64,000 nucleotides of DNA from Dehalococcoidia bacterium (GTDB taxonomy: Bacteria > Chloroflexota > Dehalococcoidia > UBA2979). Below, piece by piece: positions 26,763-36,409 of this stretch. The stretch is from assembly GCA_965226785.1 (NCBI GenBank), contig CBDDEC010000004.1, positions 1,324,521 through 1,388,520 of the forward strand. The letters run 5' to 3'. The notes beneath the pieces were generated by a model. The model was not told the origin of the DNA. It ran no database searches and saw only the letters and a list, made by a program, of their open reading frames with translations. The position numbers and the translations under genes are program-made. How positions within the stretch are numbered: the first letter of the stretch is position 1; each line of letters opens with the position of its first letter.

Positions 26763-27062
26763 GGCACAGTCCCCGGTCGAGTCTCTCGTTCGCCGTCTCT
26801 CGACGGACCCCTCGGACGTCGAGTCCGACGACATCCACATTCCGTCCTTCCAACGCGGCTACGTCTGGACAAAACCGCAAGCAGATCGCTTCATCGAGTC
26901 GCTGCTGCTTGGTCTTCCCGTGCCTGGAATCTTCTTGTGGAAGGATCCGAGCAGTCAGCGCCTTGCGATCATCGATGGATCTCAACGGCTCCGAACATTG
27001 AAGTTCTTCTACGACGGAGTCATCCGGGGACGCGAGTTCTCGCTAGAGCGCGTGCATCGATG
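26763..27062 (+). pseudogene. DUF262 (GmrSD/ParB-like N-terminal) domain fragment
   Basis: DIHIPSFQRGYVWTKPQADRFIESLLLGLPVPGIFLW...IIDGSQRLRTLKFFYDG matches the DUF262 motif (IP.FQR.YVW......LI.S...G.PIP.I......IDGQQRLTT). Stops after about 95 aa. Confidence 0.5.
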
Positions 27063-27254
27063 ATCGTCACACTTGAGCATGAGCTCGCCGGAACGCAGCT
27101 TCAGAGTGGCCCGATCGCCTCGTTCTCCGCCTCGCCGGCAGCCGTCAGCAGCCCGGCGCCGACGTTGGGACGTCACACTGACCAGGTGCTTCGCGAAACG
27201 GGTTACGGCGTCGAAGAGATCAGCGGCCTCTGCGCCGAGGGCGCCGTCGCGTAG

Positions 27255-28541
27255 TTGCGGATGACACGCCGCCTCGACGGCGCGCGTAATATGCGCACGA
27301 AGGGTCAAGGTGCCGGAGCCGCAGCCCGCATCCGCGGGACCTCGGCTTCGAAAGACCGACCGGGGGACGCCGTGGACTTTGGTTGGACGCCCGAGGAAAC
27401 CGCGATTCGAGTTCGCGCGCGGCAGTTCCTGGACGCGAACTGGAGTCGCCGTGGGCTGAACGGACGCCTCGACAACGATCGCGAGACCGTGCATGAATTC
27501 GAACGCACCCTCGCGGAGCACGGCTGGCTCACTATGGCCTGGCCGTCCGAGTACGGGGGGCAGTCCGCGTCGTACATGGCGCAGATGATCTTCAAGGAAG
27601 AAGCAACGATCCGAGGCGCGCCAAATGGCGGAAGCGGCGCGGCAATGGTCGGGCCGATGCTGATGATCCATGGCTCCGAGGCGCAGAAAAAGGATCACCT
27701 CCCGAAGATCGCGAGCGCCGAGGTCACCTGGTGCCAGGGATTCTCCGAGCCGGGAGCCGGATCAGACCTCGCCTCCTTGCAGACGCGCGCGGTTCGCGAC
27801 GGCGACGAATACGTCATCAACGGTCAGAAGATCTGGACCTCCGGTGCCCAGCACGCCGACTGGATACACATCCTCACCCGCACCGACCCTGCGGCGCCGA
27901 AGCATCGGGGGATCTCCTACTTCCTTGTCGACATGAACACGCCCGGCATCACCGTGCGCCCGCTCGTCCAGATGCACGGTGCCGCCGGCTTCAATGAGAC
28001 GTTCTACGAGGATGTTCGCGTCCCTGCCTCGAACATGGTTGGGGACGAACACCGCGGCTGGTACGTGGCAACCACGCTGCTCGACTTCGAGCGATCCGGC
28101 GTCGACCGCATGGCGACCACCCAGAACGCCTTCGAGCCGCTGCTCGCGTTTGCGACGGAGGCGGGCAGCGCCGGCGAGGGGCGTCGCATCGCCGACCGCC
28201 AGACAGACCGCCTGAACCTCGTCGACACGGCGATCGAGCTCGAAGTCTCCCGGCTTCTCAGCTACCGCGTCACCTGGATGCAGTCGAACGGCCTCGTGCC
28301 CAACTACGAGGCCTCGATCTCCAAAGTCCACAGCACTGAGCTCCTGCAGCGCAACGCCCGCCGAGGTATCAATGCGCTCGGCCTACACGGCGCGCTCTCA
28401 CCCGACTCAGTCCACGCAGTCCTCGACGGTCTCTATTGCCAGATCTACATGCAGACCACGTCCCGCACGATCGGCGGCGGCACGAGCGAGATCCAGCGCA
28501 ACATCATCGCAACCCGGGGTCTCGGCCTTCCTCGAGGCTGA
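27255..28541 (+). CDS. Acyl-CoA dehydrogenase
   Basis: ACAD motifs GFSEPGAGSDLASLQTRA, YVINGQKIWTSGA and GGGTSEIQRNIIA. The real start is probably the GTG near 27372 (VDFGWTPEE...). Confidence 0.8.
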   Translation: MRMTRRLDGARNMRTKGQGAGAAARIRGTSASKDRPGDAVDFGWTPEETAIRVRARQFLDANWSRRGLNGRLDNDRETVHEFERTLAEHGWLTMAWPSEYGGQSASYMAQMIFKEEATIRGAPNGGSGAAMVGPMLMIHGSEAQKKDHLPKIASAEVTWCQGFSEPGAGSDLASLQTRAVRDGDEYVINGQKIWTSGAQHADWIHILTRTDPAAPKHRGISYFLVDMNTPGITVRPLVQMHGAAGFNETFYEDVRVPASNMVGDEHRGWYVATTLLDFERSGVDRMATTQNAFEPLLAFATEAGSAGEGRRIADRQTDRLNLVDTAIELEVSRLLSYRVTWMQSNGLVPNYEASISKVHSTELLQRNARRGINALGLHGALSPDSVHAVLDGLYCQIYMQTTSRTIGGGTSEIQRNIIATRGLGLPRG

Positions 28542-29154
28542 CGCCGGCACCGCCGAAGTTGCGCCTCAGAAGACCGGCGCAGAAGGCCCTTCCGCCGAGT
28601 CTGCGCCTTGGGTAGTAGCGCTGCTTCACGGCACGGTGGCTCTGCTCGGTGTAGTTGTTGAGGTACTGCGTCGTTCGGTGCCATGCCTTTCGTCCGATGA
28701 TCCAGTGGATCGCCCGTCGGTAGGCCCGGTGAAGGTCTGTGGTGATGCGCCGCGGCCTGGCCTCGGCTACTTCGAGCAGGCGCCGGAGGAACCGACGCGC
28801 GGCGTGCTTGTCGCGACGCTCGCTCAGCATCGAGTCGATGAGATCGCCTCGGTGGTCAATCGCGCGGTAGAGGTAGCACACCGTCCACCGACCTTCACGT
28901 ACGTCTCGTCCACGTACCAGGAGACACCGACCCGACCGCGCCGCTTGGCGAGCAGCCGTTCGGCGAGCAACGGAGCGAACCGAAACTCCCAGGCGCGCAC
29001 CGTCTCGGCTCGGCTTCCAGTCAGTCGCCGACTGAATAAACCCACCCTTGTCGGCCCGACCGAGGGTCACAGCGGTCCAATCTCGTTGAAACCCCCTGCT
29101 CGTAAGCAGATGGTCCACGATCCGAACAAGAAACCCGCCCCGCGGCGGGTCCAT
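28504..29154 (-). pseudogene. IS6-family transposase fragment (N-terminal Zn-finger part missing, frameshifted)
   Basis: About 80% identical at protein level to the IS6 transposase at 31717-32553 (YLYRAIDHRGDLIDSMLSERRDKHAARRFLRRL...). Second piece at 28824-29045 (WYVDETYVKV). Confidence 0.75.
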
Positions 29155-29172
29155 ATATAGGGTGCGTTGCCT

Positions 29173-29205
29173 TGGAGCGGGAGAAGGGATTCGAACCCTC
29201 GACCC
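29173..29205 (-). other. tRNA 3'-end fragment (T-arm GGTTCGAATCC + acceptor 3' strand + CCA); possible att-site remnant
   Basis: Minus-strand sequence gggtcgagggttcgaatcccttctcccgctcca. No matching 5' acceptor strand found within 90 nt, so not a complete tRNA. Confidence 0.35.
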
Positions 29206-29455
29206 TCTGCTTGGGAAGTATCTGGGGGTTAGCGCTGTGCTTTAGGAGTGGGCTGGCTCGAAAACTCGTCCAGTTATCTGCTCTTGGATCTGTCGTCGCG
29301 CGATGATCGCTCGTCGGTCAGCAGAATCTGCCAAAACCCCTCACCGCGACCCCGACTCGCGGCGCACCAACACCACCCGCGCTCGTACTTCAGCCGCTGA
29401 AACATCTCCGTCCCGGCGCGGCATTCAGTGGGCGCTGGCGGCGGATTGAGCCTAG

Positions 29456-30409
29456 CTACCGCCAAGTCGGCGCGGCCGGGCCGATCCGGCCCGCCGAACC
29501 CAGCGTCATGGGCTGATCCAAGCCTTCACCAAACGCTCCAGGGACTGCGGCGAGTAGGTCGTCCACGGTCCATCTAGAGTCGCGCTCTAACACAACCGCA
29601 TCTCGCTGCGGCAACGTGATCCGGCCAACGGCGTGCCCAGCCACACCGAAAAACTGGCCATTGATGCCTGCGGCGGCGGCGGATAGCAGGTAACAGACGA
29701 ATGGTGCAACGTTCTCGGGGTTGAGGAAGGTCTCCTTACCCTGCTCGCTGGGCGGCGGACCCTCGTGCGTGGGGTCGGCGTTCAGAAACACGAAGTCTGT
29801 CATGCGTGTGGCCGCTCGAGGGATGATGCAGTTGGTTGTGATGTTGTATGGCGCTAGCGCACTCGCAACGATCAACGAAAGCGCCGCCACACCGGCCTTC
29901 GCAACATTATACGCTGGCCGCTCGGTCGACCCCTCGAGGCCGAAGCCGGACCCGAAGAAGATCAGCCGACCCTCGCCTCCCTGCTCGATCATGCGTCGAG
30001 CCGCAGACTGGGCGCACGTGAAGTGACCCTTGATGTCCACTCCGATTGCCCGGTCCAAGTCCGCCTCTTGCAGCTCTAGGAAGGGCGCCTCAATCAAGAT
30101 GCCTGCACAGCAGACGACACCGTCGATACGACCGAAGTGATCGACCGCCGCATCGACCATGGCTCGCCCCCCGGCCATTGTCGCGACGTCGATGTTCACG
30201 GCAATCGCCTCACCTCCGGCCGCGTGGATCCCTGCGGCAACCTCCTCGGCTGTCGCGTTCGAAATATCAGCGGTGCCGTCGACTGAGCCGCCGTAATCGG
30301 CGATCACCACGCGCGCACCTTCCCGCGCGGCAAGCTCGGCGACTGCACGGCCCATGCCGCGACCGCCGCCGGTCACACAGACAACCTTCCCCAGAAGATT
30401 CTCCGCCAC
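29456..30409 (-). CDS. SDR-family oxidoreductase (paralog B of 11215-12168)
   Basis: 317 aa, about 90% identical to paralog A. The duplicated segment includes 35 bp of the upstream NHL-gene 3' end (…GSRSLQKFVR). Confidence 0.8.
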   Translation of the reverse strand: MAENLLGKVVCVTGGGRGMGRAVAELAAREGARVVIADYGGSVDGTADISNATAEEVAAGIHAAGGEAIAVNIDVATMAGGRAMVDAAVDHFGRIDGVVCCAGILIEAPFLELQEADLDRAIGVDIKGHFTCAQSAARRMIEQGGEGRLIFFGSGFGLEGSTERPAYNVAKAGVAALSLIVASALAPYNITTNCIIPRAATRMTDFVFLNADPTHEGPPPSEQGKETFLNPENVAPFVCYLLSAAAAGINGQFFGVAGHAVGRITLPQRDAVVLERDSRWTVDDLLAAVPGAFGEGLDQPMTLGSAGRIGPAAPTWR

Positions 30410-30454
30410 TGCCGTCCTCCTCGCCGTGCTCAGCCCGACCGCACGAACTTCTGC

Positions 30455-30800
30455 AGCGAGCGCGAGCCGCGGCCTATGCCTCGGTCCGCCCCAGTGACGA
30501 TCGCGGTCTTGCCATCCAGTCGAGCTGCCATGTTCGAGCCCTCCTCCGCTGGCGCGCGCCTCGAACGCTCGGCGAGGTTGAGGCTCGGCGCGCTACTTGG
30601 CTGCCTCCCCTCTATATCATTCCCATCGTTCACGGTGCCACATTGGTTGATGACGTTCGGCAAGTGCCGTCAGCATTCTTCCGGCTGGTGGCCAGCCACG
30701 TTCATAGTGGGAGCCGACGACTTCCTCGCCGTTTAACCGGGCCGAACCGCGCGGTGTCGAGTGCCTCCTGGCCGCGCCATCATCCACTCAGCGTCACTCC
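30455..30800 (-). pseudogene. Duplicated 5' end + promoter of the SDR gene at 24481 (about 97% identical copy of 24420-24840), fused to the segment above
   Basis: Chimeric ORF 30430-30663 (MAARLDGKTAIVTGADRGIGR then GSRSLQKFVRSG). Recombination junction near 30455. Confidence 0.7.
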
Positions 30801-30992
30801 CCGCGCCTGCTCGCACGTAGCGACCCCCGGAGAGGTGCGGGTTGCCAGCGAGGGGGTGGGTGCAAGACGGGGTGGCTGAGATGACCACGTCCTCCGGTCT
30901 CTGGAGACCGATGCCGAGCTTGGTCAGCGCGGAGAGCGGGATTGCGCCTAGAGGCATCGGGCAGCCGGTCTGTTACGTGTGCCCATCATTGG

Positions 30993-31240
30993 TCCCATCT
31001 CATTGCCCACGCCCGCACCGGCTGGTCGAAGCCCTTCAACTCCACCTCGCCGCGATCCTCGAACTCGAAGTCCTTGCCCGCGACCGCCTGACGCACCACG
31101 TCCGAGACGAGGATGCCGTCGGTCTCTGCCCCGGACTCCAGCCGCTTCGCGATCACGACCGATGCCCCGTGCAGGTCGTCGTCCTCGACGATTGGCTCTC
31201 CTGCGTTGATGCCGATGCGCAGCCGGACCGGTACATCTGA
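30993..31240 (-). pseudogene. C-terminal fragment of a second class III nucleotidyl cyclase
   Basis: Minus-strand frame reads VRLRIGINAGEPIVEDDDLHGASVVIAKRLESGAETDGILVSDVVRQAVAGKDFEFEDRGEVELKGFDQPVRAW. No upstream catalytic part. Confidence 0.5.
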
Positions 31241-31654
31241 GTCGGCGAACCGACGGTCCCGGGCAGCGTCGGGCTACCCGACGCAAGAGTTCGATTACTA
31301 CCGCTCACCCTTCTTCGCTGCGCGGGCTCGGCGCGCCGCACGCGCCCGGAAGTGAGCACGCAGCGCAGCCGCCTGCTGCTCGACCAGCCCATCCCGCGGC
31401 GAACTATCGGGACCCGCGATCCGTTGACGCTGAGCTCGCGAACGAATCATGTCTCGTTCCATGAGGCCAGATTAGCACAAATGTTCGCTCAACCCTCAGT
31501 GCTCATGATGAAGCATCCGCCCACGGCCCACGCTTGATCGGCGAATCGACGCTGCCGAGCGGTGAGCACCATGACCAGATCTTATGACCGCCGACTGATC
31601 CGAGGCTGACAGCATTTGACAGCAGATTTGACAGCAGAGCGGGTGGACTTCCTG

Positions 31655-32602
31655 GGCAGTGTCAGATCTCAGGGCGCGTCGACCCTTAGGCGCCACAAGG
31701 CGACGTCGCTGGTGGTCTATGCTGCAGCCAGTTCGCTGATCAGCGAGTGCCAGCGTGTGAGGAAGAGCCGTCGCTGCTCTGTCAACGCGACATGGGCGCC
31801 ACCGCGGCGGCGGACGCGGAAGTACTGTCGCAGCTCATCGAACGCGCTACAGAAGCGCGACGCGGACTCGAAGCTCCCGAAGCCCTGCATCGGGTAGTAG
31901 CGCTGCTTCACCGCTCGGTGACTCTGCTCGGTGTAGTTGTTGAGGTACTGCGTCGTGCGATGCCAAGCCTTGCGGCCGATGATCCAGCGGATCGCCCGTC
32001 GGTAAGCGGGGTGCAGGTCGGTCGTGATCCGTGCGGGCTTGCGTTCGGTGATCTCGACCAGTCTCCGCAAGAACCTCCGCGCGGCATGCTTGTCTCGACG
32101 CTCGCTCAGCATCGAATCGATCAGTTCTCCGTCGCCGTCGATCGCTCGGTAGAGGTAGCACCAGCGCCCAGCGACCTTCACGTACGTCTCGTCGAGGTAC
32201 CAGGACTCGCCGGCTCGGGCTCGTCGCTTGGCGCGGAGCTGGCCGGCGAGCAGTGGGGCGAATCGAAACTCCCACTCCCGGATGGTCTCGTGCGTGACCT
32301 CAACACCGCGCTGGAGGAGCATCTCTGCCACGTCGCGGAAACTCAGCTTGTAGCGCAGACGCCACAGCACCGCGAGGAGCACCACGTCGGTCGGGACCTG
32401 AAGATGGTTGAACGGCGTGCCGGTTCGCTCGTTGAAGCGACGCTTGCACGAGCGGCAGTTGAACCGCCGGTAGCCGAGCGTCGTGCGCGCCTGGCGTCTG
32501 GTCGTGGCGGCGGATGCACAGTGCGGACAGTTCACCGATGTCTCCTCGTCCATGCTCAGACGAGGCTAAACCTCACAGTTCGAGCCCTCAGATCTGACGC
32601 AG
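31655..32602 (-). mobile_element. IS6-family insertion sequence, copy 1 (948 bp)
   Basis: Identical to 38980-39927. Imperfect terminal IRs ggcagtgtcagatctcagggc / gccctcagatctgacgcag. No flanking direct repeat. Confidence 0.85.
31717..32553 (-). CDS. IS6-family transposase (N-terminal Zn-finger CPHC...CRSC, DDE core DETYVKV...YLYRAID)
   Basis: 278 aa with typical IS6/IS26/IS6100-type architecture. Confidence 0.85.
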   Translation of the reverse strand: MDEETSVNCPHCASAATTRRQARTTLGYRRFNCRSCKRRFNERTGTPFNHLQVPTDVVLLAVLWRLRYKLSFRDVAEMLLQRGVEVTHETIREWEFRFAPLLAGQLRAKRRARAGESWYLDETYVKVAGRWCYLYRAIDGDGELIDSMLSERRDKHAARRFLRRLVEITERKPARITTDLHPAYRRAIRWIIGRKAWHRTTQYLNNYTEQSHRAVKQRYYPMQGFGSFESASRFCSAFDELRQYFRVRRRGGAHVALTEQRRLFLTRWHSLISELAAA

Positions 32603-32765
32603 TCCAGATGTAGCGGTCGCGAGCGGACTCGTAGCGGAAGTGCTGCTTGCCGTAGGGCCGGCTAGTGAGCCCGTCGCGCCAACGCGAGGCGGTGGACACG
32701 CTCCAGCACCGCCTGGGGCTGTCGAAACGGTGGGCTTGCCGGGTCACCGGCCAGCACCGCTCGAC

Positions 32766-33150
32766 TCAACGTTCGCGTACCGCGGCGTGGTCGCAGCGAC
32801 GACGCGCTGCGCACTTTGCGTCAGCTCTCGGAAGGTAGAGCCACCAGACGAGGCCGGTCGTGAGCGCCGCCAGCTGTACGCCTTCGTCGAAGGCGTAGCG
32901 CAGCAACTGCTCCTGGTGTTCGTCGAGGTCCGAGCCGACTCGCTTCACCTCGATCAGGACGAGATTGCGCCCCTGCCCCCGGAAGGGAGTAGTCCACCCG
33001 CCCGCCTCGAACCGAGTGCTCGCGGGCGACGTCGTCAGAGCCGAACGTGTCCCGGCCAGCGCGCCGATGACGGGATTCACCGCTATCTCGCGCGTGGCCC
33101 GCTCGCCGCTCTGCGTGTCATCGATCTTCGCCAGCCGCGCGACCAGCGTT
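32766..33150 (-). CDS. Restriction-endonuclease-like (HsdR_N / PD-(D/E)xK-like) domain protein or fragment
   Basis: C-terminal NLVLIEVKRVGSDLDEHQEQLLRYAFDEGVQLAALTTGLVWWLY matches the HsdR_N consensus (viEaK......a..Q...Ya......ilTNG..W.ly). Start unclear. The upstream part of the ORF-track ORF overlaps the lipoprotein gene and is ignored. Confidence 0.35.
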
Positions 33151-33315
33151 TCGAGACCTGTTTGGGTTCGGGATGGCACGGAGTCTACCGCGCGGCGCTC
33201 GCAGTTCGAGACAACGCGGCTGGGCGGTTCGCTCTCGTTGTCGGCCTCGCCGGCGCGGCAGTGGTCGGCGGGAGCGGTCGACGCTCTTCGCGTCGACCGC
33301 TGTATGCTTCGTGCC

Positions 33316-34107
33316 ATGAGTACGCAAACGGCCCCGCCCGCGCGTCTACGCCGCTGGCCCCTGCTTGCGCTGCTCACCGGCGTGGTGGTGTTGACCGGTT
33401 GCATCCGCGTCGAGCTCGGGATCCGCCTGAACGATGACGGCTCAGGCGATATCTCGATCCTGAGCGCCCTGAACACCGAGGCCATGAGCGCCTTAGCAGG
33501 GGACCTCGGGGCCGAGACGGGGAACCCCCTCGGCGACCTTGACGGATCCGACCTGCCGCTCGGCGCCGCAGTCGAGGAGTATGACGAGGACGGTTTCGTC
33601 GGGGTGCGCGCCACGTTCCCGTTCGCGGCGGGCGACGATGTCAAAGACACGATCGATGCCTTGTTGTCGGATGCCGGCGACGGTCTCTCCGGCGAACCGG
33701 CAGGGCTGGATGGCCTCTTCGAGCGCTTCGACCTGCGACGCGACGGCAGTGGCTGGCGCTTCGACGCCGTCGTGCCGCCGCTGAACCCGGAGGCGCTGTC
33801 GGGCGGCGACGGCAGTGCCCTCGGCGGCGAATTTGCCGAGCTGCTGCTGGAGGACGCGAGCTTCACGATCCGGCTCGAGCTGCCCGGCGACGTCGTGGAG
33901 CACAACGCCGACGACGTCGACGGCGGCGCGCTGGTCTGGAGCCTCGACTTCTTCTCGGATCAGCCGCGCAACTTGACGGCCCTGACGGGCGGTGGCGGGT
34001 CGGGCGGCGCGACTACCACCGTGATCGCCGTGGTCGTGGTCGCGCTGCTGGCCGCAGCCGCGATCGTCTGGTTCAGGTCACGCACGAGGAGCCCAGCTGA
34101 CGCTTGA
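33316..34107 (+). CDS. Asp/Gly-rich secreted lipoprotein with C-terminal TM anchor (hypothetical)
   Basis: Signal peptide with lipobox LTGC. Repeated DGSGD / DLDGSD / GGDGS motifs. C-terminal hydrophobic helix VIAVVVVALLAAAAIVWF. Confidence 0.55.
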   Translation: MSTQTAPPARLRRWPLLALLTGVVVLTGCIRVELGIRLNDDGSGDISILSALNTEAMSALAGDLGAETGNPLGDLDGSDLPLGAAVEEYDEDGFVGVRATFPFAAGDDVKDTIDALLSDAGDGLSGEPAGLDGLFERFDLRRDGSGWRFDAVVPPLNPEALSGGDGSALGGEFAELLLEDASFTIRLELPGDVVEHNADDVDGGALVWSLDFFSDQPRNLTALTGGGGSGGATTTVIAVVVVALLAAAAIVWFRSRTRSPADA

Positions 34108-34934
34108 CGGCGTCCGCCGGCGGAATCCGTGGAGTTCGCGCGGCCACACGGATCGCCCTCCGCGCTGGGGACTATTGGGAGAACGTCCCGCGCAATCCCT
34201 GGCTGCTCGGGCACCCGCATGTTGTCAGAAGGTCTCGCCGCCGGCCCGAGCCACCTCTTGATGAGCACGTTGAATTCACCTCCGCTTTCCTTTCGCCGAT
34301 CGCCCGGTCCAGCTTGCCCTGTAACTCGTGATCGCTCCCGGATGCCCACCCAACACGGGCGTCGAGCAGCACCGCGGGGCCGATGAGCGTCAGCCTGCCT
34401 GTACCGCTCCTGGTTTCTTGGACACTTCGTCAGCGGTAATCATGCGGCCGCTCCGGTACTCGGCGAGGCCACGGCGCACGGCGACGGGAGTGCGGTGACC
34501 GTGGCGCTCGACGAGCCACGCCTGGTTGTAGCGGTCCTGCGAAAGACGGTCTGGAGCGGATGCCAGGAAGCGCCGCTCGCCCTGGAAGTGGTGGCTGAGG
34601 TACTGGCTGCCGTGGTCGTGGCGCAGGCTGAGCCCCGAGGCGACGCCCGCCCCGACGACGCCACAGCTGCCCACAGCCCCTGGCGCAGCGGCTCCAGCGC
34701 CTCGCAGCGCGTGCCCGGTCGAGAGCGGTGTGATGCCGACTTATTCCTGCGTGCCGTCGTCCATGGCGACGTCTCTCCTCCATTGCGGTTTCGCCAGGCA
34801 CCGGCCCGGTATCCGGGCGGGGCGGGCACAGCCGGGACGCACCCATCGCCGGTTGCAGGGGGGCGGGCGTGACCACAGCCACCAGCCAAGGCAGCACGTG
34901 CCTGTACGTCGAGTTGCAGGAAGCACAGCCTCCC

Positions 34935-36406
34935 GTGGGACGGCAAAACCTCATGCGGCCCACCGATACTCATGATGCAAGCCTCCTAGCACCGGCTTGC
35001 TGACGACTTGCTGACGACTTGCTGACGACTTGCTGACGACTTGCTGACGACTTGCTGACGACTTGCTGACGACTTGCTGACGACTTGCTGACGACTTGCT
35101 GACGACTTGCTGACGACTTGCTGACGACTTGCTGACGACTTGCTGACGACTTGCTGACGACTTGCTGACGACTTGCTGACGACTTGCTGACGACTTGCTG
35201 ACGACTTGCTGACGACTTGCTGACGACTTGCTGACGACTTGCTGACGCGTCCGCTGCTGCACCGGCGAGCGTCCCTCCGGAGAGTCGAGCGCCAATGATC
35301 GATGCGGCCGCATCGCGTTGTAGCTGGTTGCGCTGGAGCGCACTATGCAACCGCCGATGGTTATACCAGTCCACCCACTCCAGCGTCGCCGTACTGACCA
35401 AGCACCCGCCGGAGATGTTGTTCGTTGACCGCGATGACATGGTCGAGATCACTCGCGCCTGAGCGTGCCGATCACGCGCTCGGCGATGGCGTTGGCATTC
35501 GGTGCGCGCACCGGCGTCAAGATCGTCTCGATTCCGATCCGTCGAGCTCGAGCGATGAAGTCGCCGCCGTAGCTACGGTCGCGGTCTCGGATGAGGAACC
35601 ATGGCTGCTGACCCCAGGCGGTCGCCTCGATCATCTGCTGCCAGATCCAGGGCGCGTTCGGATGCTCCGTGACGTTCCAGTGCCGGATGCGGCGCCGGTC
35701 GTGGTCGATCACGATGAGCACGTAGAGCGTGCGGAAGGCGAGCGTCTGGACCGTGAACAGGTCAGCAGCGTCGATCACGATGAGCACGTAGAGCGTGCGG
35801 AAGGCGAGCGTCTGGACCGTGAACGTCGGCGGCCCAGATGCTGGACGCGTGGTTGCGGAGAAACGTGCGCCACGACTGGCTCGGGGGTCGCCGCAGCGCT
35901 TGCCGGCGGTAGCGACTCACGGTGCGGGCGCTGACCTCGAAGCCAAGGGCACGCAGCTCGCCGACGATGCGGACGGCGCCCCACCGCGGATGCTCAGTGG
36001 CGATGCGGACGATCAGCTGTCGCAGCTCTGCGGGAATCCGGGGTCGTCCGGAGCGGCGACGACTCTTCCAGCGCCAGTAGGCGCGCCAAGCAGAACGATG
36101 CCAGCGCACAACCGTGTCCGGCTCGACCATCACGAGCGTGCCTCGCCAGCCGGACCAACCACGTGCCAGCAGTGACCAGAGTCGGCGGTCGTGGCGACGG
36201 AGCCGCGGTCGACGACGGCCCCTTGTGTAGACGGCGAGCTGATGCCGCAGCGCCAAGTTCTCGAGGACGAGATCTCGGCGGGCGCGGACCGATGCGAAGA
36301 GTGCTGCGACAAGCAGACGGAGGTAGAGCACAGACGAGCCTCTCGTGGCTCGCCGATACTCTGCTATCTCAGGACAGACCTGCACCTATCAGGTTTTGCC
36401 GTCCCA
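34935..36406 (-). mobile_element. IS481-like DDE element 'IS-B', heavily degenerate copy (pseudogene)
   Basis: Ends gtgggacggcaaaacc ... ggttttgccgtcccac. Transposase split into 3 pieces. Contains an 11-bp x about 23 tandem array, a 60-bp tandem duplication (35701-35820) and a 50-bp insert derived from IS3 orfB (35337-35390). Confidence 0.8.
34996..35247. repeat. Tandem repeat (ttgctgacgac)n, about 23 copies of an 11-mer
   Basis: Perfect head-to-tail 11-bp units, an expansion of the native IS-B sequence cttgctgacgactcgctgac. Confidence 0.9.
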
Positions 36407-36409
36407 CGC

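Noticed and set aside
29165-29255. Complete tRNA gene
   Set aside because: Only the 3' T-arm, acceptor and CCA are present, with no 5' acceptor strand or D-arm. Reported as a fragment instead.
30046-30879. 277-aa plus-strand ORF
   Set aside because: Antisense to SDR paralog B and to the duplicated SDR promoter fragment. Arg-rich, with a composition typical of spurious frames.
31298-31462. 54-aa Arg-rich minus ORF (MERDMIRSRAQRQRIAGPDSS...)
   Set aside because: No RBS and a low-complexity Arg/Ala tail. Cannot be distinguished from chance.
32965-33315. N-terminal 117 aa of the 380-aa ORF-track entry 32965-34107, and the overlapping minus ORF 32766-33905 upstream part
   Set aside because: The lipoprotein signal peptide and lipobox begin at the internal Met at 33316. 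The upstream extension and the overlapping antisense frame have no features.
34390-34674. 94-aa minus ORF with ...RHDHGSQYLSHHFQ... reminiscent of the IS3 integrase HSDRGSQY motif
   Set aside because: The similarity is limited to about 8 residues, and the downstream sequence does not continue the rve core. Possibly a very decayed IS remnant but not supportable.
34996-35247. CRISPR array
   Set aside because: The repeats are contiguous 11-mers with no spacers. This is a microsatellite expansion inside an IS, not a CRISPR array. No CRISPR-like repeat-spacer structure was seen anywhere in the window.
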